64,000 nucleotides of DNA, taken from NCBI GenBank assembly GCA_951406725.2, contig OX597832.1, positions 50,716,001 to 50,780,000 on the forward strand. The letters are read 5' to 3'. Below are positions 51,857-64,000 of the stretch, piece by piece (position 1 is the first letter of the stretch; each line of letters opens with the position of its first letter). The notes beneath the pieces are model-generated. The model was not told the origin of the DNA. It did no database searches and saw nothing but the letters and a program-made list of their open reading frames with translations. Made by a program: the position numbers and the translations under genes. The DNA is from Octopus vulgaris (taxonomy: Eukaryota).

Positions 51857-52719
51857 GTTAATGTCCTATAAACACTAAATCTTCTACTCAACTTGGTCAT
51901 GCGCAAGGAACATTTGTACTCAGAAACAGCTGGAATATCAATAGCTTCCCTGATATCAAATACTGTGATGGGATACTCGACACTAACAGTAAGTGAAAAC
52001 AAAGAGCAACTCTGTCACCCTCTGGCAGAGTTTCTCCCTGTTCGTATTAGCTAACGATGAAAGCAGAATCTACAGGCATAATACAAGGCTAAACTGGTCA
52101 GTGAAGAGAGTGCAATATATCTAGACAGTCACGCTGCATTCCATGTGTAGTACAGTTCCTGGTTAAACAGAGACGTGATATAATCAGGAAGATAGACCTA
52201 TTGGTAGTGAGTGTCTCGTTGTTTTGGCCGACTAGCCACAGCCCCAAGCGACTGTTTGATCAAGGCTGACCTGGGATGCCCAACAACAACACCACCACCA
52301 CCACCACCACCACCACCAACACAACAACAACAACATTTAGTATTGTATAACGGATGATTAAAGAAAAGTGCTTAAAGATATGGATTAGGTGAGAGTACCG
52401 ACAGACAGTCTCTGTGAAGCATCGTTTGTATACGTTAATATCGATTTTCGAAATTGGTTATCAGAATCTAGGTTAGTTGTACTTTTTGGGACAGAAAATG
52501 TAAACTATGTTCTGTAGCGGAAGGTCAGCTGCCAGGTGGATGTATAAACGCTTCATTAAAAAACCAGTGAGAAAGGGTGCATTCTATGAACAGCTACTGC
52601 AGTATCTATTACATTACAACTATAATTACTGGTGCGTTAGGTTATGTTACTCAGTAGTAAAGCGGGTACTACTTTACTTAATGTTTTGTTCAAGGAAATT
52701 TTAATTAAAAACACACTCA

Positions 52720-53118
52720 TCTTTATATATAAAAGTCAAGTTGTGTGTCTGTCTCCTACGATTTAGATTCCTAACTACTCCCACATTTTGCGGTGCAGTT
52801 TAACCAAAACCGGGTATCTTATAGTCGCGATTCATATCGAGCCCTTCTGGGTATTAGCGCGCGTCTACGATGAGTCTACGATTTTAAAAATAATTTACCG
52901 TAATTCTTTTCCATTTTAATGCATTTTTCGCTATTATATAAGGGAAGTAACTCTCTAAAAATGTCTACGATGAGTCAACGATTTAAAAAAAAATTTACCA
53001 TAATTTTTTTCCATTTTTAATGCATTTTTTTTTTGCTATTTTTTGGCTATAACTCTCTAAAAATGCTTATATAGTTATTTCCCTCACAAACCCGAGCAAC
53101 GCCGGGCGATACTGCTAG
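52720..53118 (+). mobile_element. Non-autonomous Helitron monomer, 399 bp
   Basis: 5' TC, 3' hairpin cccgagcaacgccggg plus CTAG; inserted between A (52719) and T (53119) with no TSD. Confidence 0.92.
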
Positions 53119-53214
53119 TATTAAATAAAACCAATCATTATCTTAATGACTAGTTCTGATCGAGAGGGTCAAGGGATGCAATCCATCCTAAAGAATTAAA
53201 AGCTCTATTTTCCA

Positions 53215-53975
53215 ATATAGAATGGTACTATGATGCTTTATAGAACAGCACTGCCATGCTATATAAAATTAATGATACCATTCTTTATAGAATTGATAAT
53301 GCTGTCAACTTATGTAGAATTAATAATATTGCCGTCTTATCTACAATTAATAACGCTATAATTCTACACAGATTTGTAGATCTACCATTTTAAAATGAAC
53401 TTTAAAGCAATACTATTCTTTAATCGCACTACCATTCTATATAGATTTAACAGCAATATTATTCTCTGTAGATTTGTTGGCATTAACATTCTTTATAGAT
53501 TTAAAAGCACTACTAATCTGGGATCTTTTCGGTTTGAACGGCAGTTTTTAACATAATTTCTAGGTAATTAAAAAATTTTAAACTTTGTATACTGGTAGAA
53601 TGTGTTTATAAAACATCTTTTTCTCTTGGCTTTATTGAGAAGATTCTATAGTTTGTAAGATATTTTTTTTTTTTTTCAATTTCTGCAATTTCAACCAATC
53701 AATGACGTCCATTGCGTTAAAAAGCATTCTGTGCCGTATGAATATGTCCCTCGTTTAAGAAACAGATTAAGTTTATTTACATTTGTGAAGAAAAAAAGAT
53801 ACCCTTCCCCACCTCTAACCCTAACCCTGAAAGAGATTGAAATGCAATAGATCGATTCTAGGGTCATAATTATGGGTGACAATTTCATATGACACCACTA
53901 GAAAAAACTGCCGTTCAAACCGAAAAGATCCCTAATCTGTATAGATTTAATAACATTGTCTTCCATAAAGAATTA
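53215..53975. repeat. Degenerate ~27-bp AT-rich minisatellite, interrupted by MITE copy 3
   Basis: tagattt recurs at 53442, 53469 and 53496; the pattern resumes after 53932. Confidence 0.6.
53520..53932. mobile_element. GGGATC-TIR MITE, copy 3
   Basis: Same TIRs; 6-bp TSD TAATCT. Confidence 0.93.
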
Positions 53976-54131
53976 CACAAATAACTCGATTAACTATAGA
54001 AACTTTAGTTGTAAAATACAAGCAAAATATTAACATACAGATCCAGCACATGTGAGACATGGTTAAACAACTACCCGGAATTAATCCTTGAACAAATTTA
54101 ATCCGGAGATAGTGATTTTAGTTGCAACATT

Positions 54132-54559
54132 AGGATCTATTCGGTTTGAACGGCAGTTTTTAAAAATAATTTTCAAGTAACTTTTAAACTTCGTATACTG
54201 GTAGAATGTGTTTATAAAACATCTTTTTCTCTTGGCTTTATTGAAAAAATTCTATAGTTTCCAAGATATTTGTTTTTTTTCTTTTCTTCAATTTCTGCAA
54301 TTTCAACCAATCAATGACGTCTATTGAGGTGAAAACATTCTGTGCCGTATGAAAATGTCTTTGTTTAAGAAACAGATTGGGTTTAGTTATATTTGTGAAG
54401 AAAAAAAGATACCCTTCCCCCCACTACACCCCTAACCCTAACTAACCCTAACTCTAAAACAGATTGAAATGCAATAGATCGATACTAGGGTCATAATTAT
54501 GGGTGACAATTTCATATGACACCGCTAGAAAAAACTGCCGTTCAAACCGAAAAGATCCC
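54132..54559. mobile_element. GGGATC-TIR MITE, copy 4
   Basis: Same TIRs (left one slightly mutated); 6-bp TSD AACATT. Confidence 0.92.
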
Positions 54560-54724
54560 AACATTATTCTCATGATATTTTACGGCCTACACCAAAACGT
54601 GTTAACAACATAATACCATTGTCACTTTATGCTGATGATGAGTACGAGAAGGTCATCTCATGTTAGCGGACTTAGGAAACACTAAACATTAAAGGCTTAA
54701 TAAAGAAACATGTAATATTATAAA

Positions 54725-54860
54725 ATAAAGATTATGCTTGTTAACGTCGCCGCGGATCCGCGGAATAAGCTGCCGGACGAGATAGTGAAGATGCTGACGA
54801 CCGCTCGGTTCAAAGTCTCTCTTGACCTGAAATGGCCTGAACTCTTTGTATGACCACCCT
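54725..54860 (+). mobile_element. Short CR1-like LINE 3' relic
   Basis: NVAADPRNKLPDEIVKMLTTARFKVSLD resembles the CR1 WNxLPxxVV...FKxxLD motif. Confidence 0.5.
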
Positions 54861-56184
54861 CCCTGTCCCCATACATGGCCTTGCTTTTGCTTTTTGAGCC
54901 AATAAAAATTGAATTGAATATTAAAATGTTAGAAAAAGTTTGTATCCATTTGTGTGTCTTTGTGTATCTCATTTTGTGTCTCTCTGCCCCCAAAGATCTT
55001 CTGTTTGGATCTACTCAACCCATCTCCCTTTTCTCATACCCGTACCCTAGCAAATAAATATCCGCCGCATAATCGTCCACAGTGACCTTCATTCTTACAA
55101 GCTATCTCACAATAACAGGTATTTACATACTACTAAATAACCTCAGTTCTTCCTTCAAACGAAAAATACATTAACCTAAACTTTTCACCTTTCTTCCTAT
55201 TAATTATTATAATTTTTCTTCCGACTATTTACTTTCTGAGTTCAAATTCTATTGAGATTAACTTTGCCTTTCATTCTTTCGAAGTTGGTAAAATAAAATT
55301 GCTGTTAAGTATTGGGGTCGATGCTATCGACTCTTATGCTTTTCTAATTGCAGAATAAATAGATCGGTAAATATGTAAAGTTTTTTATTTTTTGAGTAAA
55401 TACGTCATATTTAATCATATAGTTGGAGTTAAAGTTAATTAAACCCGAAATGTAATTCACAAATATGTATGGTAGTGGGGTGCGAGTGTGCGTGTGTGTG
55501 TAGCGAACTCGTGACTGACTTGTTAGAAACTCATAAGCAATGATACTATCGCTCACTATATATATATTTAAAAAATAGCTTTAAAAATATCTTTCTGATG
55601 GTAATTTGTTCTTTGATCTTATATTAAACTATCCTTCTAAATGCCTATGTATTATCCATGCGGTGACATTCTACGGTTTTCCCTCAGAATTTTGTCATTC
55701 ACTGTAATAGCATTCTTTGTTTTTTCATGTCTGATCCTAATTATATAGGACATAGTATATTTAACTACAAACCATTTCCTAAATTTTAAAAAATTTGTAT
55801 GATAGACTCCAAATGCAAATATACTCCGTCATTTTGAACAATTATTACGCTCTTATGTCTCATGTAAACATTTTCTGAGTGATTTATACGTTTAAGTTAT
55901 GATTCTTACAAGGATTCTAGATATTTTTTGGCATCTTTAGGACAGTAGGTGCATCAAAGCCTTCACATGTCGTAAAGATTTTGTCTCTGCGTTGTTTTAA
56001 TAAATGTCACCAACTTCCCGTTCTCCAAACGAAGAACGATAGTTGAGGAGTTTAACAAGGAGTTGTTGCTGCCGTTTTTATTTTTGCTGGTGTTGTTATT
56101 GTTGCTTAAGTTGGTGCGACTTTTGTGCTCGTTGCAGCTTTTTCTACTGCAGCTGTTGTTTTGACCGTTGTTGATACTGTTGTT

Positions 56185-59100
56185 GTTGCTGCAATTAATC
56201 TCCCTCCTCATGAAGTTACGTTAACGTAGCACAAGAAACCGGTGTTGTATTAACGTCAAAGCCTATCGTTGCTGCAATTAATCTCCCTCCCCATGAAGTA
56301 ACGTTAACGTAGCACAAGAAGCCGGTGTTGTATTAACGTCAAAGCCTATCGTTGCTGCAATTAATCTCCCTCCCCATGAAGTAACGTTAACGTAGCACAA
56401 GAAGCCGGTGTCGTATTAACGTCAAAACCTGTCATTACTGCAATTAATCACCCTCCTCATGAAGTAACGTTAACGTAGCCCAAGAAGCCGGTGTTGTATT
56501 AACGTCAAAGCCTATCGTTGCTGCAATTAATCTCCCTCCTCATGAAGTAACGTTAACGTAGCACAAGAAGCCGGTGTTGTATTAACGTCAAAGCCTATCG
56601 TTGCTGCAATTAATCTCCCTCCTCATGAAGTGACGTTAACGTAGCACAAGAAACCGGTGTTGTATTAACGTCAAAGCCTATCGTTGCTGCAATTAATCTC
56701 CCTCCTCATGAAGTAACGTTAACGTAGCACAAGAAGCCGGTGTTGTATTAACGTCAAAGCCTATCGTTGCTGCAATTAATCTCCCTCCTCATGAAGTGAC
56801 GTTAACGTAGCCCAAGAAACCGGTGTTGTATTAACGTCAAAGCCTATCGTTGCTGCAATTAATCTCCCTCCTCATGAAGTAACGTTAACGTAGCAGAAGA
56901 AACCGGTGTTGTATTAACGTCAAAGCCTATCGTTGCTTCAATTAATCTCCCTCCTCATGAAGTAACGTTAACGTAGCACAAGAATCCAGTGTTGTATTAA
57001 CGTCAAAGCCTATCGTTGCTGCAATTAATCTCCTCCTCATGAAGTGACGTTAACGTAGCACAAGAAACCGGTGTTGTATTAACGTCAAAGCCTATCGTTG
57101 CTGCAATTAATCTCCCTCCTCATGAAGTAACGTTAACGTAGCACAAGAAGCCGGTGTTGTATTAACGTCAAAGCCTATCGTTGCTGCAATTAATCTCCCT
57201 CCTCATGAAGTGACGTTAACGTAGCACAAGAAGCCGGTGTTGTATTAACGTCAAAGCCTATCGTTGCTGCAATTAATCTCCTCCTCATGAAGTAACGTTA
57301 ACGTAGCACAAGAAGCCGGTGTTGTATTAACGTCAAAGCCTATCGTTGCTGCAATTAATCTCCCTCCTCATGAAGTAACGTTAACGTAGCACAAGAAGCC
57401 GGTGTTGTATTAACGTCAAAGCCTATCGTTGCTGCAATTAATCTCCCTCCTCATGAAGTAACGTTAACGTAGCACAAGAAGCCGGTGTTGTATTAACGTC
57501 AAAGCCTATCGTTGCTGCAATTAATCTCCTCCTCATGAAGTAACGTTAACGTAGCACAGAAGCCGGTGTTGTATTAACGTCAAAGCCTATCGTTGCTGCA
57601 ATTAATCTCCTCCTCATGAAGTAACGTTAACGTAGCACAAGAAGCCGGTGTTGTATTAACGTCAAAGCCTATCGTTTATGCAATTAATCTCCCTCCTCAT
57701 GAAGTAACGTTAACGTAGCACAAGAAGCCGGTGTTTATATTAACGTCACGGCAAGCCTAACGATTAATCTCCTCCTCATGAAGTAACGTTACGTAGCACA
57801 AGAAGCCGGTGTTGTATTAACGTCAAAGCCTATCGTTGCTGCAATTAATTCCCTCCTCAATGAAGTAACGTTAACGTAGCACAAGAAGCCGGTGTTGTAT
57901 TAACGTCAAAGCCTATCGTTGCTGCAATTAATCTCCCTCCTCATGAAGTAACGTTAACGTAGCACAAGAAGCCGGTGTTGTATTAACGTCAAAGCCTATC
58001 GTTGCTGCAATTAATCTCCTCCTCATGAAGTAACGTTAACGTAGCACAAGAAGCCGGTGTTGTATTAACGTCAAAGCCTATCGTTGCTGCAATTAATCTC
58101 CCTCCTCATGAAGTAACGTTAACGTAGCACAAGAAGCCGGTGTTGTATTAACGTCAAAGCCTATCGTTGCTGCAATTAATCTCCCTCCTCATGAAGTAAC
58201 GTTAACGTAGCACAAGAAGCCGGTGTTGTATTAACGTCAAAGCCTATCGTTGCTGCAATTAATCTCCCCTCATGAAGTAGCCAAGGACGTTAACAAAGCC
58301 TATCGTTTCGCAATTAACAAGAAGCCAAGAAGCCGGTGTTGTATTAACGTCAAAGCCTATCGTTGCTGCAATTAATCTCCCTCCTCATGAAGTGACGTTA
58401 ACGTAGAACCAACAAGAAACCGGTGTTAAAAGTATTAACGTCAAAGCCTATCGTTGCTGCAATTAATCTCCTCCTCATGAAGTAACGTTAACGTAGCACA
58501 CAAGAAGCCGGTGTTGTATTAACGTCAAAGCCTATCGTTGCTGCAATTAATCTCCCTCCTCATGAAGTAACGTTAACGTAGCACAAGAAGCCGGTGTTGT
58601 ATTAACGTCAAAGCCTATCGTTGCTGCAATTAATCTCCCTCCTCATGAAGTAACGTTAACGTAGCACAAGAAGCCGGTGTTGTATTAACGTCAAAGCCTA
58701 TCGTTGCTGCAATTAATCTCCCTCCTCATGAAGTAACGTTAACGTAGCACAAGAAACCAGGTGTTGTATTAATCTCCCTCTCAGAAGTATGTATTAACGT
58801 CAAAGCCGCGTTGCTGCAATTAATCTCCTCTCATGAAGTAACGTTAACGTAGCACAAGAAGCCGGTGTTGTATTAACGCAAAGCTATCGTGTTGCAATTA
58901 ATCTTCCTCATGAAACGCCAAAGCCCATCGTTTGCTTAATGGAAGTCACATCGTTGCTGCAATTAATCTCCTCCTCATGAAGTAACGTTAACGTAGCACA
59001 AGAAGCCGGTGTTGTATTAACGTCAAAGCCTATCGTTGCTGCAATTAATCCCTCCCTCCTCATGAAGTCGTTAACGTAGCACAAGAAGCCGGTGTTGTAT

Positions 59101-60514
59101 TAACGTCAAAGCCTATCGTTGCTGCAATTAATCTCCCTCCTCATGAAGTACGTTAACGTAGCACAAGAAGCCGTATTAACGTCAAAGCCTATCGTTGCAA
59201 TTAATTCCTCCTCATGAAGTAACGTTACGTAGCACAAGAAGCCGTGTTGTATTAACGTCAAAGCCTATCGTTGCTGCAATTAATCTCCCTCCTCATGAAG
59301 TGACGTTAACGTAGCACAAGAAGCCGGTGTTGTATTAACGTCAAAGCCTATCGTTGCTGCAATTAATCTCCCTCCTCATGAAGTAACGTTAACGTAGCAC
59401 AAGAAGCCGGTGTTGTATTAACGTCAAAGCCTATCGTTGCTGCAATTAATCTCCTCCTCATGAAGTAACGTTAACGTAGCACAAGAAGCCGGTGTTGTAT
59501 TAACGTCAAAGCCTATCGTTGCTGCAATTAATCTCCCTCCTCATGAAGTAACGTTAACGTAGCACAAGAAGCCGGTGTTGTATTAACGTCAAAGCCTATC
59601 GTTGCTGCAATTAATCTCCCTCCTCATGAAGTAACGTTAACGTAGCACAAGAAGCCGGTGTTGTATTAACGTCAAAGCCTATCGTTGCTGCAATTAATCT
59701 CCTCCTCATGAAGTAACGTTAACGTAGCACAAGAAACCGGTGTTGTATTAACGTCAAAGCCTATCGTTGCTGCAATTAATCTCCCTCCTCATGAAGTAAC
59801 GTTAACGTAGCCCAAGAAGCCGGTGTTGTATTAACGTCAAAGCCTATCGTTGCTGCAATTAATCTCCCTCCTCATGAAGTGACGTTAACGTAGCACAAGA
59901 ACCGGTGTTGTATTAACGTCAAAGCCTATCGTTGCTGCAATTAATCTCCCTCCTCATGAAGTAACGTTAACGTAGCACAAGAAGCCGGTGTTGTATTAAC
60001 GTCAAAGCCTATCGTTGCTGCAATTAATCTCCTCCTCATGAAGTAACGTTAACGTAGCACAAGAAGCCGGTGTTGTATTAACGTCAAAGCCTATCGTTGC
60101 TGCAATTAATCTCCCTCCTCATGAAGTACGTTAACGTAGCACAAGAAGCCGGTGTTGTATTAACGTCAAAGCCTATCGTTGCTGCAATTAATCTCCCTCC
60201 TCATGAAGTAACGTTAACGTAGCACAAGAAACCGGTGTTGTATAAACGTCAAAGCCTATCGTTAATGCAATTAATCTCCCTCCTCATGAAGTAACGTTAA
60301 CGTAGCACAAGAAGCCGGTGTTGTATTAACGTCAAAGCCTATCGTTGCTGCAATTAATCTCCCTCCTCATGAAGTAACGTTAACGTAGCACAAGAAGCCG
60401 GTGTTGTATTAACGTCAAAGCCTATCGTTGCTGCAATTAATCTCCCTCCTCATGAAGTAACGTCAACGTAGCACAAGAAGCCGGTGTTGTATTAACGTCA
60501 AAGCCTGCCGTTGC
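56185..60514. repeat. 83-bp tandem satellite array, ~52 units
   Basis: Unit gttgctgcaattaatctccctcctcatgaagtaacgttaacgtagcacaagaagccggtgttgtattaacgtcaaagcctatc; gcaatta at 56191 and 56274 gives the 83-bp period; no spacers. Confidence 0.98.
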
Positions 60515-60954
60515 ACTGGCGGCCACATCACTTTTTGTTCTCAAATAGGAAAATGTGGAATGCTTTTCCTCCCCTCTTAAAATCGCCAGCTATTTCTCTT
60601 TCTCTCCCTCTCCCCCTTTCTCTTATCTATCTCCAGTACGAATATCATGATGGTATTCTTGATATTCGTATTTTTCTTTAACAAGAAAACACAGAGTTTT
60701 TTAAAGATAAAAATATAAAACCTCGAAGGTAAAACGAGACCTCAATATTTTGTGTCAGTTTCTCAACAAAACTGACAAAAAAATTTTTTTTTAAATGAAG
60801 GTAACGATCTCCTTTTGTGGAGCACAATCACCAGAAAATCCGTGAAACTTATGGAGATACAAAATATATGCTGGTCAGGGAAGATACTACTACTACTACT
60901 ACTACTACCACTTCTACTAATGATGATGATGATAATAATCATGTCTACGCCAGA

Positions 60955-61527
60955 CACAAGCCCTTGAAAATTTTGGAGTGAAGGGGGATAAGTTGATTAC
61001 ATCGAACCCAGTGCGTTACTGGTATTTATTTCATCGATCCCGAAAGAATGAAAGGTAAAGTCGACCTCGGTGGAATTTGAACTGAGAACGTAGCGACGGG
61101 CAGAATATATATTTCTTTACTACCCACAAGGGGCTAAACACAGAGGACAAACAAACAAGGACAGACAAACGGATTAAGTCGATTATATCGACCCCAGTGC
61201 GTAACTGGTACTTATTTAATCGACCCCGAAAGGATGAAAGGCAAAGTCGACCTCGGCGGAATTTGAACTCAGAACGTAGCGGCAGACGAAATACCTATTT
61301 CTTTACTACCCACAAGGGGCCAAACACAGAGAGGACAAACAAGGACAGACAAACGGAATAAGTTGATTACATTGACCCCAGTACGCAATTGGTACATTTT
61401 TTAATCGATCCCGAAAGGATGAAAGGCAAAGTTGATCTCAGCGGAATCTGAGCTTAGAACGTAGCGACTGACGAAATATTGCTAAGCACTTCGCCCATCG
61501 TGCTAACGATTCTGCCAGCTCACCGCC

Positions 61528-61528
<1 letters not shown>
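60955..61528 (-). mobile_element. SINE family B tandem trimer
   Basis: Head at ~61528, two tail-A units (junction at ~61295, variant junction at ~61108) and a final tail-B unit. Confidence 0.88.
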
Positions 61529-61570
<42 letters not shown>

Positions 61571-61572
<2 letters not shown>

Positions 61573-62126
61573 CCCTGATGCAATACCATGCAGTGGCTCT
61601 TGTGGCTTCTGATCTTAACTGATTGGAAGTGTTATCATGTACATTGTTTTGTCTTGGTATAAAAGATGGGCCACAGCAAATATTCTGCTCAATACCACAG
61701 ATTTGCTTGTCAGTTGTTTGACCTTAACCAGTTGAGCATGTCCCTTAGTGGCTGACGATATGTGCATCTCTGATCACGAGCAGAAGTCGTGGGGGAACAT
61801 CATAGCCATGTGTTGAGAGGGATTCTATGGGGTTTAATTAATTCACCTCTGGAAATATGTGTGTTTCGTTCAACATCCTTAAACAACCCTTATTCAGGGA
61901 CCTTTTGAGCGGGATGGGTTACTCGACCAGAAGAAAATTCTAACTGGGCCCCGCCTGTAAAGTCATGGACTGTTTACCTTGATATGAGATCACCATGTCG
62001 CGCACATATGGTTGTGATGCATGTGCCTAGTGTACCCTTATCCGATGGGTAGTCATGATGGGTATACTGGGCTTCGTATATTTTACCCCAGTGTCACTTT
62101 GATGGCATGCACTACTCTCTCACTCA
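61571..62126 (+). mobile_element. ~555-bp (TAA)n-embedded element, copy 2
   Basis: Reverse complement of 37611-38167. Confidence 0.85.
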
Positions 62127-62715
62127 ATAATAATAATAATAATAACAATATTAATAATAATAAGAATAATAATCCTTTCTACTATAGGCACAAAGCCTGA
62201 AATTTGGAGGAAGGACATAATCAATTACATCGATCCCATCGTTGATAAATCTTTTAAATTTTGGCACAAGGCCAGCAATTTTTAGGGCGAGAGGGTTAGT
62301 CAATTACATCGATCTTAGTACTTGATTGGTATTTCACTTTGTCGAACCCACCCCCACCGCAAGTGGCAGAGGGGATGTAAAGTAAAGTTGATCTCGGCAG
62401 GATTTGAACTCAAAACGTAATGAGTCGCAATAAATATCGCAAAGTAAGTTTGACTCTCTTCCTATTCTGCCAAAGCACCGCCGTAGGACATCATCATAAT
62501 AATATTGGTTTCAAATTTTGGCACAAGGTCAGTAGTTTTGGGAGAGGAGCTAAGTCAATTAAATCGACCCCAGTGTCCAACTGGTATCTATTTTATTGAC
62601 CCCACGAAAGGATTAAAGGAAAGCCAATCCCAGCGGCATTCGAACCTAGAGCGTAAAGACGGACGAAATAGCCTGGCGATCATCATAATATTGGAAAGAT
62701 AGATAGACAGACAGA

Positions 62716-62876
62716 TAGGTGTAGGAGTGGCTGTGTGGTAAGTAGCTTGCTTACCGACCACATGGTCCCGGGTTTAGTTCCACTGCGTGGCACCTTGGGC
62801 AAGTGTCTTCTACTATAGCTTCGGGCCGACCAAAGCCTTGTGAGTGGATTAGGTAGATGGAAACTGAAAGAAGCTA

Positions 62877-62920
<44 letters not shown>

Positions 62921-63134
62921 TTGTGTGTCTGCGTTTGTCCTCCCAACATCGCTTGACAACCGATGCTGGCGTATTTACGCCCCCGTAACTTAGCGGTTCG
63001 GCAAAAGAGACCGATAGAATAAGTACTAGGCTTCCAAAGAATAAGTCCTGGGGTGGATTTGCTCGACTAAAGGCGATGCTGTTGCATGGCCACAGTCAAA
63101 TTACTGAAACAAGTAAAAGAGTAAAAGAGTAAAG
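62716..63134 (+). mobile_element. SINE family A
   Basis: Homologous to 6293-6700. Confidence 0.87.
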
Positions 63135-63139
63135 AGGGA

Positions 63140-63670
<531 letters not shown>

Positions 63671-64000
63671 GAGATTGTGTGTGTTTTTGAGTGAAGTGAA
63701 GCCCAACTTCTGTTGTCGTCTGCTTGTCGCATGTAGATACATGTGAACCGGAGATGGCGATTTGGTGCCGATTTATTTGAACAAAATAATATTCCCTGTT
63801 GCATGGGTGTTGTGTTAGAGGAAATGTTATGGGAAATGTTATGGGTATGTCCCTCTTTACGGTCTGTGTAAGCGTCTGCACATTATGTGAGTGTGTTTGT
63901 GTGGTTATGTAGGTGATTGTATGTATGCGTAAGCGTGTGTGTGCATGTGTATGTATGTTTGTATGTGTGTGTATGTGTGAGTGTGCCTGTCTATATGTGT

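Noticed and set aside
55963-56211. 82-aa Asn/Ser-rich ORF starting in the first array unit
   Set aside because: Low complexity from a degenerate (AAC)n tract; its ATG comes from the satellite unit and no domain or splice support is visible.
56185-60514. CRISPR array or tandem RNA-gene cluster
   Set aside because: Units abut with no unique spacers, there are no cas genes, the context is eukaryotic, and no tRNA, 5S or snRNA features are recognisable in the unit.

Overview
AT-rich, repeat-saturated animal genomic DNA. The tRNA-derived SINE families, RTE/CR1/R4-Dong/Penelope relics and very high microsatellite load look like a coleoid cephalopod (Octopus-like); this assignment is inference. Only one host protein-coding gene is supported: a minus-strand, two-coding-exon, membrane-anchored SDR of the retinol dehydrogenase 11-14 type (CDS join 16194..15827 + 1290..648, 336 aa, one 14,536-bp phase-2 GT-AG intron). 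The rest is transposon debris, microsatellites and local duplications. The most unusual structures are: (i) tRNA-SINE multimers that share one internal junction at several separate loci, suggesting self-targeted insertion or multimeric templates; (ii) a ~4.3-kb, ~52-copy array of a CpG-rich 83-bp unit; (iii) a ~430-bp MITE family with 6-bp TSDs that carries CCCTAA telomere-type repeats; (iv) a head-to-tail non-autonomous Helitron dimer; (v) fold-backs and a degenerate hammerhead-like motif next to (TA)n tracts. Coordinates of degenerate repeats are approximate, and no database search was run.
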